Below are positions 13,740 through 28,109 of a stretch of DNA of 64,000 nucleotides, in pieces (the first letter of the stretch is position 1; the number at the start of each line of letters is the position of its first letter). The notes below the pieces were generated by a model. The model ran no database searches. It was not told where the DNA came from and saw nothing but the letters and a program-made list of their open reading frames with translations. A program made the position numbers and the translations under genes. This DNA comes from the human T2T-CHM13v2.0 reference genome, Homo sapiens. Location of the stretch: the NCBI RefSeq assembly GCF_009914755.1, contig NC_060947.1. One strand, 5' to 3'.

Positions 13740-13895
13740 TAAGGTCCACCCAAATCATCTAGGAAAATTCCCCTTAAAGTCAACTAATATGGACTTTAGT
13801 TATATCTCCATAATATCTTTATAATAACATCCACTTTGTGTTTTATCAACTGGGGATTTTGTTAGCTAAGTTGACACATCAAAAAAGTCATCATG
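13740..13895 (-). mobile_element. MLT-type LTR fragment
   Basis: ccttaaagtcaactaatatggacttt...gctaagttgacacatcaaaaaagtcatca. Confidence 0.5.
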
Positions 13896-14165
13896 CTAGT
13901 AAGCATCAATAAATAAATGTTTGAATGGATTAAAAGTACTAATTACAAATAGACGATAATTTAGTACATTCCAAACTAAGACATAGATTAGACTTTGATC
14001 TAATTTTCAAAAGGCATTGAGATTAGACTTGATGTACATGCCACTCAGAGTTTAGAACACATATTTGTAATAAAACAATTTTTGTTCTGGAGGAAAAGAT
14101 CTGTAAATGACTTCACATTTTCTAGAAAGCTGACTAACTGTGATATGCTGCTTTCAGTTTAACAG

Positions 14166-14246
14166 CTTCTCTATTTAACATCAAGATATGTTAAATGATG
14201 GCTCAGCATGTGGAAAGAGAGGTTTCTCAGGAGGATAAGAAGAGGG
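14166..14246 (+). pseudogene. Candidate pseudo-exon
   Basis: Branch-point-like CTGACTAAC at 14130-14138, acceptor ttaacag|, LLYLTSRYVK*WLSMWKERFLRRIRRG, donor GGG|gtatga; phase 0 to 0; one TGA. Confidence 0.3.
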
Positions 14247-14850
14247 GTATGACCAACAAGAGATGGATTCGGTTTTGATGTTTTTGACTATGTTAGTTTC
14301 CTTATATTCGCTTCCAAAAATTCAGCTTCACTTTTTGATATATTTTTGAAAATCCTCTGGTAGGAGGTTTACACACAGATATTTAGCTTGGTCTATGCAG
14401 TGCTTGAATTATGTCTTGGATTTATGTTACAGATAACCTGTGAATAGTTCTGTAGGGAGATGTAGTTGTGAACAAAAACTGTGAGTGCACAGTTCACCAA
14501 GAGCAGCCAAGGATGTTAAAGTCCCTATTGCAGTGGAGATGTTGTGTGCATATGGTAGAAACTTCAGTTTGATGGAAGAAAATATCCAAATTATACAAAC
14601 CATAGAATAAAATACCACATGTGAAGTTTTTATTTTTTTAGAATTTTTCTAAACCACATTTAGAATCATGTGAAACTTGTTCTGGTTCAATAATACTTTG
14701 CAGTGAGTAATCCAGGGACAAACATTTAACTATTGTAAGAAGAATCCATGACCCTAGTCCTGAAAATATTATGGCTGTGAATTTTATAACCTACAGAATG
14801 TAATTCTAATCTCGGCTTTTAAGAGCTTGTGAAAAAGCAGAATTATTTCA

Positions 14851-15140
14851 CCGTAAGATAGTTTATAATACTGTATTTTTACAGTATCTTTTCTATGTCT
14901 AAATATGTTTAGGCAAACAAATACTTATCATTGTGTTACAATTTTCTGTAGTATTCAGAACACTAACACACTGTTCAAACATTTATATTAGGAGCAGTGA
15001 GCTATACCATATAGCCTAGGTTGATAGTAGGCTATACCATCTGGGTTTCTGTAAGTACTCTCGATGATGTTTGCACAACGGTGAAATCACCTAATGGCAT
15101 TTCTTAAAATATATCCCATCATTGAACGATTTGTGAATGT
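14851..15140 (+). mobile_element. Tigger3a/MER7-type DNA transposon, 5'-truncated
   Basis: gctataccatatagcctagg...gtaggctataccatctggg...gatgtttgcacaacggtgaaatcacctaa. Confidence 0.88.
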
Positions 15141-15989
15141 AATCCAGAGCAAAAGTCTGTTGTAATGAAGTAGAACTGTTGTGTTCAGAGGAAGGATTGG
15201 TAGAATCTTGGCTCTTAAGGGGTGCTTGGCATCTTAGTCTCTGGCATTTTCTCTACAGTTGGTTCAGGAAATGCTAATGCATGCTAAGCCATCTCATGTT
15301 GTAGTGCTCTAGATTAGGAAGCGGGCTTTGAGGTTCTTTGAGTTCTTTACAGTTTCCAGGAATAAGAAAGAAAAATGCAGCACTTACTGAATCATGTAAG
15401 ACTTAATATGCAGCATAATACTGGTTCTGTTTTATCTTCAAGTTTCAAAGTCTGAGGCAAGCCTTAACACAGTTCTAACTTTTCAAAGTGTTTTAATTCA
15501 GCAACACTCAGCCCCACAAATGTTAATCAATAGTCCTAGCTATGCCATAAGTAAAGCATGAGACTTAAGAAAAATGACTTGGGTCTCAGTTTCCACATAC
15601 ACACATAGAGTGAAAATAATAATGCCTGCATTCGTGGGACATTTCTGAAGATGAGAGTAGAACATTCAAAAGCTCTTCAAAAAAGTAACTTCATTACACA
15701 AATAATGATGCTGCTAATATCCGGGATCATTATCATCTAAGAGTGTACTTTGCAATTCCAATCCAATAGGTTGAGAAAAAGAATTTTCTTTGAAACGGAG
15801 AATTATAAGAGTAATTATCCAAAAATTATTTATGATTAGCACATAATCTACTAAATAGTGTGCTAGGCACTGGGGATACAGAGCTAATAATAACTTCACT
15901 AATTTTGTAGCCTTGTGTAAATCACGTGCTCTCTCTGAGATTGTTTTCTTATTTATAAACTGCAGCTAATAATTCTTTTCTTAAGAACG

Positions 15990-16658
15990 ATTTCAACAAC
16001 ATGGTGAAGTATAAAGTTTCAGTCTTCATTCTCCCACTGAAACTCCTACTTAACAATGATATGCAGTCCAAATACCTTTATGAGAGGCCCAGAATCCTGA
16101 TAAGAGGTTGTGGTAATCCAGAAGAGCACAAATCTGAGGATAGGTGCATTGAAATGAATAAGAAGAGTTTCACTTTATGCACATTAGCCCCTTCCCTAAG
16201 CTGACACAATTTAGCATCAAGGAAGATCACTTCAGTCTACAAATTCTCTTATGGTAAGGAAGAGAGAGTGGAGCATGCATTCAACATCCTGATTTTTCAG
16301 TGCACTGCCTAAGGGGCCTGTTTTTGTCTCGTCTCACATGGACAATTGACAAAACTGCGTAATTCAGATGCCAGGGAGCAGTTAAGAACAAAGGAAAAGG
16401 GATAGGAAGCTTTCTGTGGCCAGTGTGGCTCTATGAGATTTAGAGAAGGTGCAGAACCTGAGATTTCTCTCACAGGAGAGAGGGAAAGGAGTAGAGCATG
16501 CTTCCAAACTCCAACCTTACAGTGTGTTGCACAAGGGGCCAGTTTCTGTCTCACTGCACCTAGAACACCAACAAAGCTGACATAGTTTGGTGGGGGCAGC
16601 TATACATAAAGAAAAAGAAGATGGTGGCTTGTGATGCTTAGCATGACTCTGCTAGATT
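15990..16658 (+). mobile_element. Old L1M 5'UTR fragment
   Basis: caacatggtgaagtat...aatacctttatgagaggcccagaatcc and internal repeated UTR units. Confidence 0.55.
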
Positions 16659-16978
16659 TATGTCGTGCAAGGGTCCCAATGGGAGGTAAATGAATCGTGG
16701 GGGCGGGTCTCTCTCATGCTGTTCTCGTGATAGTGAATAAGTCTCATGAGAGATGATGGCTTTATAGAGGGGAATTTTCCTACACAAGCTCTCTTGCCTG
16801 CTACCGTGTAAGATGTGCCTTCCCATGTAAGAAGTGCCTTTGCTCTTCCTTCACCTTCCACCATGATTGTGTGGCCTCCCCAGCCATGTGGAAGTGTGAG
16901 TCCATTAAACCTCTTTCCTTTGTAAATTACCCAGTCTTGGGTATGTCTTTATTAGCAGCATGAGAACGGATTAATACA
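16659..16978 (+). mobile_element. THE1 (THE1B-like) MaLR LTR, 5'-truncated
   Basis: gctgttctcgtgatagtgaataagtctcatgaga...ttattagcagcatgagaacggattaataca. Confidence 0.92.
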
Positions 16979-17483
16979 CCCTCCAACTGACTGACTGGCC
17001 CCCTCCTCTCTGCCAAGGGGATTTCAATGGAACCTAAAAAAAACTAGTTCAGGCCATGGTGGATGAGGGAGTTGTACATGCCTCATTGTATTATTCTCCC
17101 TTTGGAATTCAGACACAACTGACAAACATTAACATTAAGACATAAATCTTAAGATTAACAAAACAGTCTCTTTGTAGCAATAAGATACCAAATTCCAACT
17201 TGAATCTAGTATAGTGTCACCTGATAGATGGCAGGCCCTGAAAGAAATGAAAGTATTTTACCCTAAAACGTATTCCTTTGACATATTTTGAAATGGCCCT
17301 GCAAATATTTAACTAAGAGTCTGGTACCTTTTAAGATCTGCAAACAGACATTGGCCATCTATTCTCCCTGAAGCCTGCTACCTTCATCTACATAATAAGA
17401 ACCTTGGCTTCCATAACCCCCTTATCTTAACCCAAGCATTTCTTTTTTTTTTTTTTACTTCCAATCTAGGCAAAGCTCAACTC

Positions 17484-17940
<457 letters not shown>

Positions 17941-18239
17941 TTCAACCAATTACCAATCAAGAAATCTTTGAATCCACTTATGACCTGGAAGCCCCACTTC
18001 ATGATGTCCTGCCTTTCCAGGCTGAACCAAAGTAAAATTTACATGTACTGATTTATGTCTTTGCCTGCAACTTCTGTCTCCCTAAAATGTATAAGATCAA
18101 GCTGTAACTCAACCACCTTGGGCATATGTTCTGAGGACCTTCTGAGGCTGTGTCACAGGTCATGGTCCTCACATTTGGCTCAGAATATATCTTTTCAAAT
18201 ATTTTACAGAATTTGGCTTTTTTGTTAACATTGAGTAGT

Positions 18240-18450
18240 AAGCTACCACTTATTTACTGCTAGGCTTTATGAAAGACATTGTACATATGTAATCTCAATT
18301 AATCTCACAACCATCAAGTAGAGTAGGTGGTATCATAATCTTCATTTTATAGAAAGTAAACTTAGGCATAGGGAAGTTAACTTGCTGGAGATCCTAAAGC
18401 TAATTAATTTGTGGCAGTTATCTGTCTCTTACTTCAAAGCCTGTATTTTC
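18240..18450 (-). mobile_element. MIR
   Basis: cattttatagaaagtaaacttaggcatagggaagttaacttgc MIR core. Confidence 0.65.
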
Positions 18451-19708
18451 ACCGGCTACTGTTTGAAAACAATTATTTTTTCCAAAGTTTTATCTTCATG
18501 ATAAAGCAATAAATGATTAATTTAGGACAAGACATTCTCTAACTAGAAGAAAGAACTCCCAGTAGGCAGTCTAGTAAGCAGATGGAGGTTTTCAAGTTCA
18601 TGGGGCCTATCCATTAGGTAGGTAGGACCTTCCGAACAATGTGTTCTCCATCTCTATCTCTCCCCTGACTAACTTGTCTAGATTTTGTACTCTCGTGAAA
18701 ATGTGGAGGACTCAGAAGTAATGACACATTCCCTATAGTTAAGAATATTATAATCTAGTTGCGGAGAAGACTTAAGAAGAAAATAGCACAAAGGGGATAT
18801 AGAATGGTAAGGAAGGGAAGGGCTGAGTAGGAATTGAGTATTAAATAGTATTTTTTGGAAGAGATGAGGCTTGAACTTGGCAGTGATAGGTAGAAGCAGG
18901 ATATAACACATCTGGAAATGTGTATAATGTGAACAAAGGCACAGAGGCATGACTATAAGCATGGTGTTTAGAGAAGGACTTTTATTTCGTTAGTTTTTGA
19001 TACTCTAGTGAAGTAAAAGTATTTGATCTATTTTGTAAGAAATGTTTTGTCTCCAGTAATCTCAGATGGTCCTAGATGGAATCTGAGTAATCGATATTTT
19101 GGCAACTACTCTAAGTTTCAACAATCTCTATGCAATGAACTTTTAAAGCAGTGTTAGTTTATTAGCAAGCACCAGCTTTCCTCATAAAAAGGGTCTATTT
19201 TAGAGAAATACCTTAATAAGCTTTCAGTTCCCAAGACCTCATAAGACAATAATTTTTTGAGTGTGTGTGTGTGTGCATGTACATGTATGTTTTATAGGAA
19301 AGTAGCCAAGGAATTTTTTATATTTGCTGTCATTAGGGAGAATAAGTGATGAGTAAGAGGGAAAGAGGGAAGCAAAAAGAAAGGAAAGTCAGAGAAGATA
19401 GAACTTTGGAGTGGGTGAGTTGAAGGGCCACTGAAACTCCACTGGTGGTGGAGTGCAAGTGTTGATATTTTAAGAGAGGAAGCAGGATCCTAGGCGTCTG
19501 TGGTAGTCAAGACATTACAATACACAAAAGAATTGCAAGACTGCAGTCAATAGCCATGGAAGAAAGAAGCTTATGACAACTTTACATAGATTTCAAGAAT
19601 CAGGGAGATCTCAACTGAAATTTGACCTACGTCTAAGTTTCTGTCACTTGAGATTGTGCATCCAGTCCCCAAATTTTTACACGTAACTCCATTTGTGTGT
19701 ATATGTAT

Positions 19709-20274
19709 TGTGATCGTTTATATTGATTGTCAACTTGATTGGATTGAAGGATGCAAAATATTGTCTCTGGGTGTGTCTGTGAGGGTGTTGACAAAGGAGA
19801 TTAACATTTGTGTCAGTGCACTGGGAGAGGCAGACCCACCCTTACTCTGGCTAAAGGGTAAGCACCATCTTATCAGCTGCCAGTGCAGCTATAATAAAGC
19901 AGGCAGGAGAAGATGGAAGAGAAGACTTACTGAGTCTTCTGGCCTTCATCTTTCTCCCATGCTGGATGCTTCCTGGCTTTAAACATCAGACTCTAAATTC
20001 TTCAGCTTTTGCACTCTTGGACTTACACCAGTGGGTTGCCTAGGGCTCTGAGGCCTTTGGCCACAGACTGAAGGCTGCACTGTCGGCTTCCCTAATTTTG
20101 AGGTTTTGGGACTGGCACTGATCCACCCCTGGCTTCCTTGCTCCTCAGCTTGCAGACAGCCTATAGCGGGACTTTACCTTGTGATCATGTGAGTCAATTC
20201 TCCTTAGTAAATTCTCCTTCATATAGACATATCTCCTATTTGTTCTGTCCCTCTAGAGAACCCAGATTAATACA
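19709..20274 (+). mobile_element. MLT2A (ERVL) solo LTR
   Basis: TG...CA termini tgtgatcgtttatattgattgtcaacttg / cccagattaataca; 5-bp TSD tgtat/tgtac. Confidence 0.92.
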
Positions 20275-21253
20275 TGTACATATGTGAAAATGTTTGTGTT
20301 TCCGGAACTGGCCTTTTGAGGATTAATTCGCCAATTTATTATTCAACTTGCCAGATAACACTTATTGTGTGATGCCTATTTTATAATAATAATTATGCAA
20401 GAGTAAAAGTTTCTTTCAGAGGACAGTAAATTATTAATGTATTTCTCAATAGTCCAGTGTATAAATATGCAGATTGTAGTCTGTTGAATTACTTTATTTC
20501 ATAGTTTTTTCTTTGGTGACAAGCTGCTCTTACTAGGGAAATTTCTTTTCTTTTGAGATAAAAAGAGCAATTTTTTTTCAAGTCAATAGTAAAGAAAGCC
20601 TATCCCCTTTCAAAATGTGTTTAATATATTTGCCATTGATATCCTGATGCAATGTATAATATATATTATAGCTGTACTCCTGAGCTTAGGTATTGGCATT
20701 AAATAGAAATAGCAAGTGTATTAAGTAATGCTATGGTCAACATCAGATTAGGTGGGCAAAAAGGAATGAAGCAATGAAATATTTTCAGCTATAATACTGA
20801 CAAGGGCTTGAAGTCAATCTCTTCATATTAGTTAGATACTGTTTTCTTGTTTAATTTTTGCCCCTTGAGCAATTACTGTATATTCCACAGGAGATAAATA
20901 TCATACACTGAGCTATGTGATGTGTAGCTATGGTGATGTGGCATTTGAGATATAAATTAAAGGTGGAATTAATCACTTGAATCAAGATTGCGTGCTTCTT
21001 CCACATTCTTCCTGGTCTCCTTCCCTAATCCACATTTGTTCACTGTTAACAAGATATTCTTTTTATGTCTATGAAAAAGCAGTATGGCCTGATAGATACT
21101 GTTTTTCAGAAGTTTCAGAATGGAAATGACAAATTTGGCAAAGGAAAAGATCCAGAATTAACTGACAACATAGAAAAAGAACTGCATGTTTTATTCTCTA
21201 ACTTCAAATAAGCTATCACAGAAGTGGTCATTTCAATTGCTAGTTGTGTAGAG

Positions 21254-21767
21254 CAAAGTTTCTCAACTTCATTATGCAAATGAATCACTGAAGTATCTGT
21301 TTAAATGCAGATTTCTATTCAGTAGATCAGAAATAGGGCCCGAGATTCTGCATTTTTTATTATACTCTAAGTTCTAGGGTGCATGTGCACAACGTGCAGG
21401 TTTGTTACGTATGTATACATGTGCCATGTTGGTGTGCTGCACCCATTAACTTGTCATTTACCTTAGGTATATCTCCTAATCCTTTCCCTCCCCCCTCTCC
21501 CCACCCCACGACAGACCCCAGTGTGTGATGTTCCCCTTCCTCTGTCCAAGTGTTCTCATTGTTCAGTTCCCACCTATGAGTGAGAACATGTGGTGTTTGG
21601 TTTTTTGTCCTTGTGATAGTTTGCTGAGAATGATGGTTTGCAGCTTCATCCATGTCCCTACAAAGGACATGAACTCATCCTTTTTTATGGCTGCATAGTA
21701 TTCCATGCATTTTTAACAAGCTCTGGGAGTGCTGATGCTGGTGGTCTGTGGACCACACTTTGAGTAG
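21254..21767. mobile_element. MER5-type hAT DNA transposon interrupted by L1PA
   Basis: gtttctcaac...gagattctgcattt / aacaagctc...tgatgctggtggtctgtggaccacactttgagtag. Confidence 0.8.
21358..21705 (-). mobile_element. Young 5'-truncated L1PA (L1PA4-6-like) 3' end
   Basis: Near-consensus L1PA 3'UTR; TSD tgcattttt at 21349-21357 and 21706-21714. Confidence 0.93.
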
Positions 21768-22102
21768 TTTATAGTAGTGTATGATATCACTTCTTTCTTA
21801 TTTGTTGAGATTTGTTTTATGGCTCATAATATAATCTATCTTTGTGCATATCCTGTGGGCCCTTGAATAAATTGGGTATTCTGCTGTTGTTTGGTGGAGT
21901 GTTCTGTAAATTTCAATTAGATCTTGTGATGATGCTATTCAATTCTTCTATATTAATGGTAATCTTATGTCTAATTGTTCTAGCCAACTGTTGAGAGAGG
22001 GTTTTTAAGGTACCAATTATAATTACATAGTTGCCTATTTTTCCTTCCAATTCTATCAGTTTTTGCTTCACATATTTGGACCTCTGTTTTTTTGGTTTGT
22101 AC

Positions 22103-22551
22103 TGTGAACCCCAAAAATCTGACACAGGTCTCAGTTAATTTAGAAAGTTTATTTTACCAAGGTTGAGGACATGCCAGTGACACAGCCTCAGGAGGTCCTG
22201 ATGACATGTACTAAAGGTGGTAGGGACACAGCTTGGTTTTACATATTTTACTGAGACACGAGACATCAATCAATATGTGTAAGATAAACATTGGTTCAGT
22301 GTGGAAAGGTGGGACAACTCAAAGTCGGTGAGGGGGCTTCCAGGTCATAGGTAGATAAGAGACAAATAGTTGCATTCTTTTGATCTTCTGGTTAGCCTCT
22401 CCAAATGAGGCAATCAGATATGCATTTATCTCAGTGAGCAGAGGGGTGACTTTGCAAAGAACAGGAGGCAGGTTTGCCCTAAGCATTCTCAGCTTGACTT
22501 TTCCCCTTAGTTTAGTGATTCTGGGGCCCCAAGATTTATTTTCCTTTCAGA
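22103..22551 (-). mobile_element. MER4A/MER4A1 ERV1 solo LTR
   Basis: tgtgaaccccaaaaatctgacacaggtctcagttaatttagaaag...ggggccccaagatttattttcctttc; TSD gtac/gtaa. Confidence 0.92.
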
Positions 22552-23420
22552 GTAAAAACTTAGGATTGCTATTTCTTGTGGGATTGACCCTTTTATAATT
22601 GTACAATGTTACCCTCTATCTCTGGTAATTTTCTTTGTTCTGAAATCTACTTTACATGATGTTAATGTATCCACATTATTTTATTTTGATTAATGTTTGC
22701 ATTATATAAATTTTTCCATTATTTCACATTAAACTTGACAATATCATCATATTTGAAGTGAATTTCTTGCAGACAGCATATGCAGTAGTTGGGTCATAAT
22801 TTTTAAACCCTTATGTTAATCTTTGTGTTTTAATTGGTATATTCAAACCATTAGCATTTAAAGCAATTATTGATCCATTTATTTTTTGTTTTCAATTTTT
22901 TTTCCTCTTTTTGGCTTCTTCATTTCCTTTTTCCACCTTCTTGTAAGTTTCTATAACTTGTTTTTTTTACAATTTTATTTTAACTTACTTATCCTGTTTC
23001 CACATGAATCATTTTGTGTAATATTTTTAGTGGTTGCTCAAGATAATACATTATGTATACACAACTTTTCAGTCTGTTGGTGTCATAATTTTACCAGTTT
23101 AAATGAAGTGTAGAAACTTCATCTCCATTTACTATTCCCCATTTATAATTCAATAGCCTTAAATATTTTCTGTGTATGTATTTAGAGCCACATCATACAG
23201 TGTTACAATTTCTTCAACATTTCATCATAATTTAGAAAACTCAAAAGAAAAGTCTATTATATTTACTCATTTCCATTTGGTTCTGTATAAATTCTACTTA
23301 TTTGATAAAAATTTCTTGTTTTCATTTAAGGTTATTAATAATTGCTTGTTGAAGCACGCTTACAATGCCTGCTTTAATGTCTTTATCAGATAGCTAACCT
23401 TTCTGTAACCTCAGCGTTGG

Positions 23421-23970
23421 GGTTGTGGGAATCAAGGGACAGGAGAGACCAATGGGTGGGACAGGAGGATTTTATTAGGTGGCCACCAGGTCAGCAGATT
23501 AACATCCAAAGGCTAAGCCCCAAACAAAGACAGGGCCTGACTTTTATACATGCAACCGAAGGGGGTTGGCCAGTTAGTGGTGCAAAACCTGCAGGGCGGG
23601 CAAGCAAGCTTACAGAAGCAGAACAAAGGCAGTTTATCAAACAGTGACAGGTGTTGCAACTCAGGAATGTCTTGTGACCTTCATCATACTGCACAGATGA
23701 GAAAACAGGAACTTACAAAATCCTTACAAACTTACAGAAGTAGTTAAAAAATAGTTATGACAGCAGAACAAAGAATAATAGTACGGGGAAAGAATTCAAA
23801 AGGGGGAAACTGATAAGAATAACTTGTTTTTCTCATCCCTGCTCCTGGAACCCATTCCTTCTGCCCCCCCGGCTCTGCTAATAGTGCTGTCAAAGCCCCG
23901 ACAGAGCCCTGCCTTAGAGTGAGACAGCCCAGGATAGAAAACTTGTTTTTCTTCCTTTTTTTATTTTACA
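23421..23970 (-). mobile_element. ERV solo LTR, family not determined
   Basis: Reverse strand begins TGTAAAATAAAA and has TATAAAA and AATAAA near its 3' end; abrupt GC shift inside the old L1. Confidence 0.7.
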
Positions 23971-24527
23971 TCTCCTGCTTCATTAGCATATATTGGTTTT
24001 ATTTTTTTCATTTGTTTCAAGATTCTACTGATCTTCAGATGCATTATTTTATTTTCAGACATTTACAATTTTGTACTGTGAGACTGTGGGTCTTTTTGAA
24101 ATATTCTGCTTACCTGGCTTTCACTAACATCTCTCCAACAGAGAAAGGGAGTGTAACAGTGCAGTAAGGGAGTGCTTGTTACACCCTAGTGGGGTTGAAA
24201 GTCCTAGTTATCTACTCAGTCTTCTCTGACACGATATGGTGGGAAGGTTGTGGTGATTTGTTACACCCTGGTGAAGGTAATCTTTTTGCTTCCCCACAAG
24301 GTGTTTGTTGTCATGGATAATGTTGAGGTCATAGTTTTTTTCCATGGTGTTTAGCTAAAGTAGAGCCATTAGGGCCGAAGAGTTTCTGTTCTTTCTGGGC
24401 TGCCTCTATCATAGCCTGTTGACCACAGAGAGAAGGGTTTTATCTTTGCTTTTTGTCTGCACTCATTGACATTTCCAGATTGCTGGCTTCTTCAACTACA
24501 CATCTGCAATATACATGACAAAACTGA

Positions 24528-25768
24528 ATTGCCATATACAGAAGAATGAAAGTGGACCTATATCTCTCACCATATACAAAAGTAAAGTCAAGATAGATTA
24601 AATACTTAAATGTAAGACTTGAGACTATAAAAATATTAGAGGAAAAACCTAAGGAAATCTCTTCTGGGCATTGGTCTAGGCAGATAATTCATGACTGAGA
24701 CCTCAAAATCACAGGCAACAAAAACCAAAAAAAAAAAAAAAACAACACCCAAATGGGACTTAATTAAACTAAAAAGCTTCTTGCACAGCAAAATAAATAA
24801 TCAGCACAGTGAATAGATAACTTGCAGAATGGGAGGCATCTGACAGGCCACTGATATCCAGAATTAATAAAGAACTCAAACAAGGCAAAAAAATTTCAAA
24901 TAATCCCATTAAGAAGTACACAAAAGACATGAATGTACATTTTTCAAAAGAAGATATAGTAATGACCAACAGGCATATGAAAAAATGCTCAACATTACTA
25001 ATCATCAGAGAAATGCCAAATAAAGCCATGATGAAATATGGTGTTATGCCAGTCAGAATGGCTGTTATTTAAAAGACAAAAAAATAACTGATGTTGGTGA
25101 GGATGAGGAGAAAATGGCATGCATATGCACCATTGGAGGGAATGTGAATAAGTACAACTTCTATGGAAAACAGTATGGAGACTTCCCAAAGAACTAAAAA
25201 TATAACTACCATCAGATCCAGCAATCACACTACTAGATATCTTCCCAAAGGAAGATAAATCATTATATCAAAAAGATACATGCACTCATATGTTTATCAC
25301 AGCATTATTCACAATAGCAAAGATATGGAATCAACTTAAGTGTTCATGAAGAGATGATTGCATAAAGAAAATGTGATAGACAGACACACAAAATTGTACA
25401 CTATTCAGTCATAGCAGAGAGTAAAATCATGTCTTTTGCATCACCATGGCTGAAACCGGAGGCATTTGTTTTAAGTGAAACAGCTCAGGTACAGAAGACA
25501 AATACTGCATCGTTCTCTCTTATAAGTAGGAGCTAAATAATGGGTCCAAATGGACATAGTTTGGAATGACAAACAACAGACTCAGAAGGGTACAGGGATA
25601 GGAGGGGTTGCATGATGAGAAATTACCTAATGGATACAGTATACATGATTTGGGTGATGGAGTGATGGATAACCCTAAAAGCCTTAACTTTACTGCTATG
25701 CAGTCCATGCATTAAAAGAATTATATTTGTATCCCATAAATATATACAATTAAAATTTTAAAAAAGAA
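24528..25768 (+). mobile_element. L1PB-type 3' fragment
   Basis: ORF2 3' end and L1PB-type 3'UTR (gatgagaaattacctaatggatac) with A tail. Confidence 0.85.
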
Positions 25769-26571
25769 AATCCAAATAACTTACCACTGTGTTCACTGTA
25801 TTGTTCCATGGGTCCTGAAGTTTCTAGCTGGTTTCTTCTCTTCACTCATGGGTTTTCTTATGTTTGCTAGATAGATATATATGTGTGTGTATATATATAT
25901 GTTATATATATTATATATGTCTTATGTATGTATTTATATATGTAAGTATCATATATAATTTCTAGGATTGTTGTACTTAGTGCTTGAACTTAGGGAGGAC
26001 TAGGAGAAAATTATTTTGGAAGTATAAATCCTTATTATCCAATTTTGTAGATGATGAACAGAGACTAAGATAAGGTCAACAACTTCCCCAAGATCATATT
26101 GCAAAGTAAGCAGAAGGGCTAGGCTTCTCTCCTTTTAATTTATCTTAATCTATCTTCCTCAAACAATGTTATAAATATCTTATAATGCTTTACTTCCCTC
26201 TTAGGTTCTTCAATTTTATCATCAATGAAAAATTTAGAAATAATATGTATTGTCACACTTGCTTTTAGAACTACATGGGCTGCTTTTAAATGTCCAATTA
26301 GCCACGGATTGATTATTACTGATTTAGAAAATTATAGTTTAAAAGTCTTGAAAGTTAATTTAATTTGATTTTTTTGCAGTTCAATCAAACATCAGCCTGA
26401 GTGCTAGTGTTTTAAACAGTTTTTTAATCATTTTTCCTTAATCATTAATTTTATGCATTGAATATTTTTATTTGCTGTGTTTTCAAAGTAGAGATTATTT
26501 AAGTAAGTTCCACTAGTATATTTAAATTATGATTCTATTTATAAACTACACAGAAAACTTTTTTGGAACAG

Positions 26572-26664
26572 GTACTGCCTAATGGTGAGTTGATAACACA
26601 ATTTTTCAAGCATGAAAGACAAGTCATTGTGCATTTCTCTTTGTGTGATGTGAAAGCCACTAAG
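26572..26664 (+). pseudogene. Open exon-like segment
   Basis: ttttttggaacag| VLPNGELITQFFKHERQVIVHFSLCDVKATK AAG|gtgagt (consensus donor); 93 nt, phase 0 to 0; an in-frame alternative acceptor at 26553 adds KTFLEQ. Confidence 0.7.
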
Positions 26665-27404
26665 GTGAGTATGATCCTTCATGCCATCATCTGTCATTTT
26701 CCAAACCAGTCCCACAAAGGAGTTTTCCTCTACTTCCTTCTCAAAATACAGTTTGGATCCATTAATGTTTTAGATTTATAACCCTTATTTCTTATCCTGC
26801 AGAGTAAAGAGCGAACTGTCATGTACCTGCAGAGAAAAGCATTTTGTATAATAAAGTAGAAAGAACTGACCCTCCGTACACTAGTCATTTCCCCATTCTC
26901 CATACTAAAGTTCCCTTACCTTTTAAGCAGCTATTTTAAGAACACATCAGACTATAACAACATTACCTAAGTGCTAGTGAAGCTCAAAGTTATAAACAGG
27001 CTTAAGTAAAAATTTATGTAAGATCACGGTAACTAGTGTATTATGAAAGGGTTATAATAAGAATGATATATTGAGCCTCTCATCCGTTAAGTGGCCTTAT
27101 AGGGCCTGGGATAGTCAAAGCCCCTAAACGGGTGACAATCTGGCTATAAGTGTCTACATGTATCATGATGAAATAAAGTTTGGGAAGAACTGATTTAGGT
27201 ACATTAACAGAGTCTTCATGTATTTATTTATTCATTCAACTTAGTTAATAAGCAAGCTCTGAGGTAAGCAGTCAAATCTTATTTTAATATCTAAGGAGAA
27301 ACTAGGGCACTTGAAGTAGGATACTAATATTTAAGGTTGTTGCCACATTTTCATAACATATTGCTTAGTACCACTTTTACAGACAAAATAAAACACTAGA
27401 GGAG

Positions 27405-27700
27405 CAATATATAGTATTGGATAAACCTAAGGCTCTGGAGTAAGGCAGAGCTGGGATTAAGTCCTACCTTGGCCATTTACTAGCAGAATAGAGCAGCAGT
27501 TAATAATATAGTCCTTGAAATCATCTGTGTGACCTATGATGAGTGATTCAACCTTGTTATGTCTCATCTACTAATCTCTAAAGTGGTACTAATGGTAATA
27601 ACACACTTCACAGGTCACTTTAAGATTAAAGGAGTAATATGTGGTAAGCAATATGAATAGAACCCGGCACTTAATAAGTGTTCAATAAGTATTGTTAATA
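27405..27700 (+). mobile_element. MIR fragments
   Basis: ggctctggagtaaggcagagctgggattaagtcc; tgtgtgacc...ggcacttaataagtgttcaataa. Confidence 0.65.
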
Positions 27701-28109
27701 AATGAAACTGTGATTTTAATTATTAGCTGGATTAAATAGACTATAAGCTAACTAATTGACCGATTTTATGGTTAGATGAGTAAACCCAGTGATAGTATTC
27801 TTTCAAAAAGCATGGTTTTTGTCATTAAGCGAGTGGAGTTGTGTGTTTGTGTTTTGGAAGTGGGTAGTATAGGAGGGAGGTGACAATCACATCCCTTAAC
27901 TCCTTTAAATTTTAATCAATTACATAGACACAAGGAGCCAGATTGAGATTAAAAAAAAATACCAATTCCATTTACAGAAAGCTGGACTGAATTCTACAAT
28001 TCAAGATCCTATGCATAAGTAACAAGTATGTATGTTCTTGTTTAGAATTGTTACAACTTCTGTGTGGAACCAAGTTTAATAAATTGGCTTTATATATTTA
28101 TTACCAAAG

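Larger units (their letters stand above)
21790..26025 (-). mobile_element. Old L1MC/MD-type element (5' part of ORF2 to 5'UTR) carrying nested LTRs and an L1PB
   Basis: Antisense endonuclease-region text at 21790-22860; 5'UTR-like text at 24000-24520 resuming at 25770. Confidence 0.6.
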
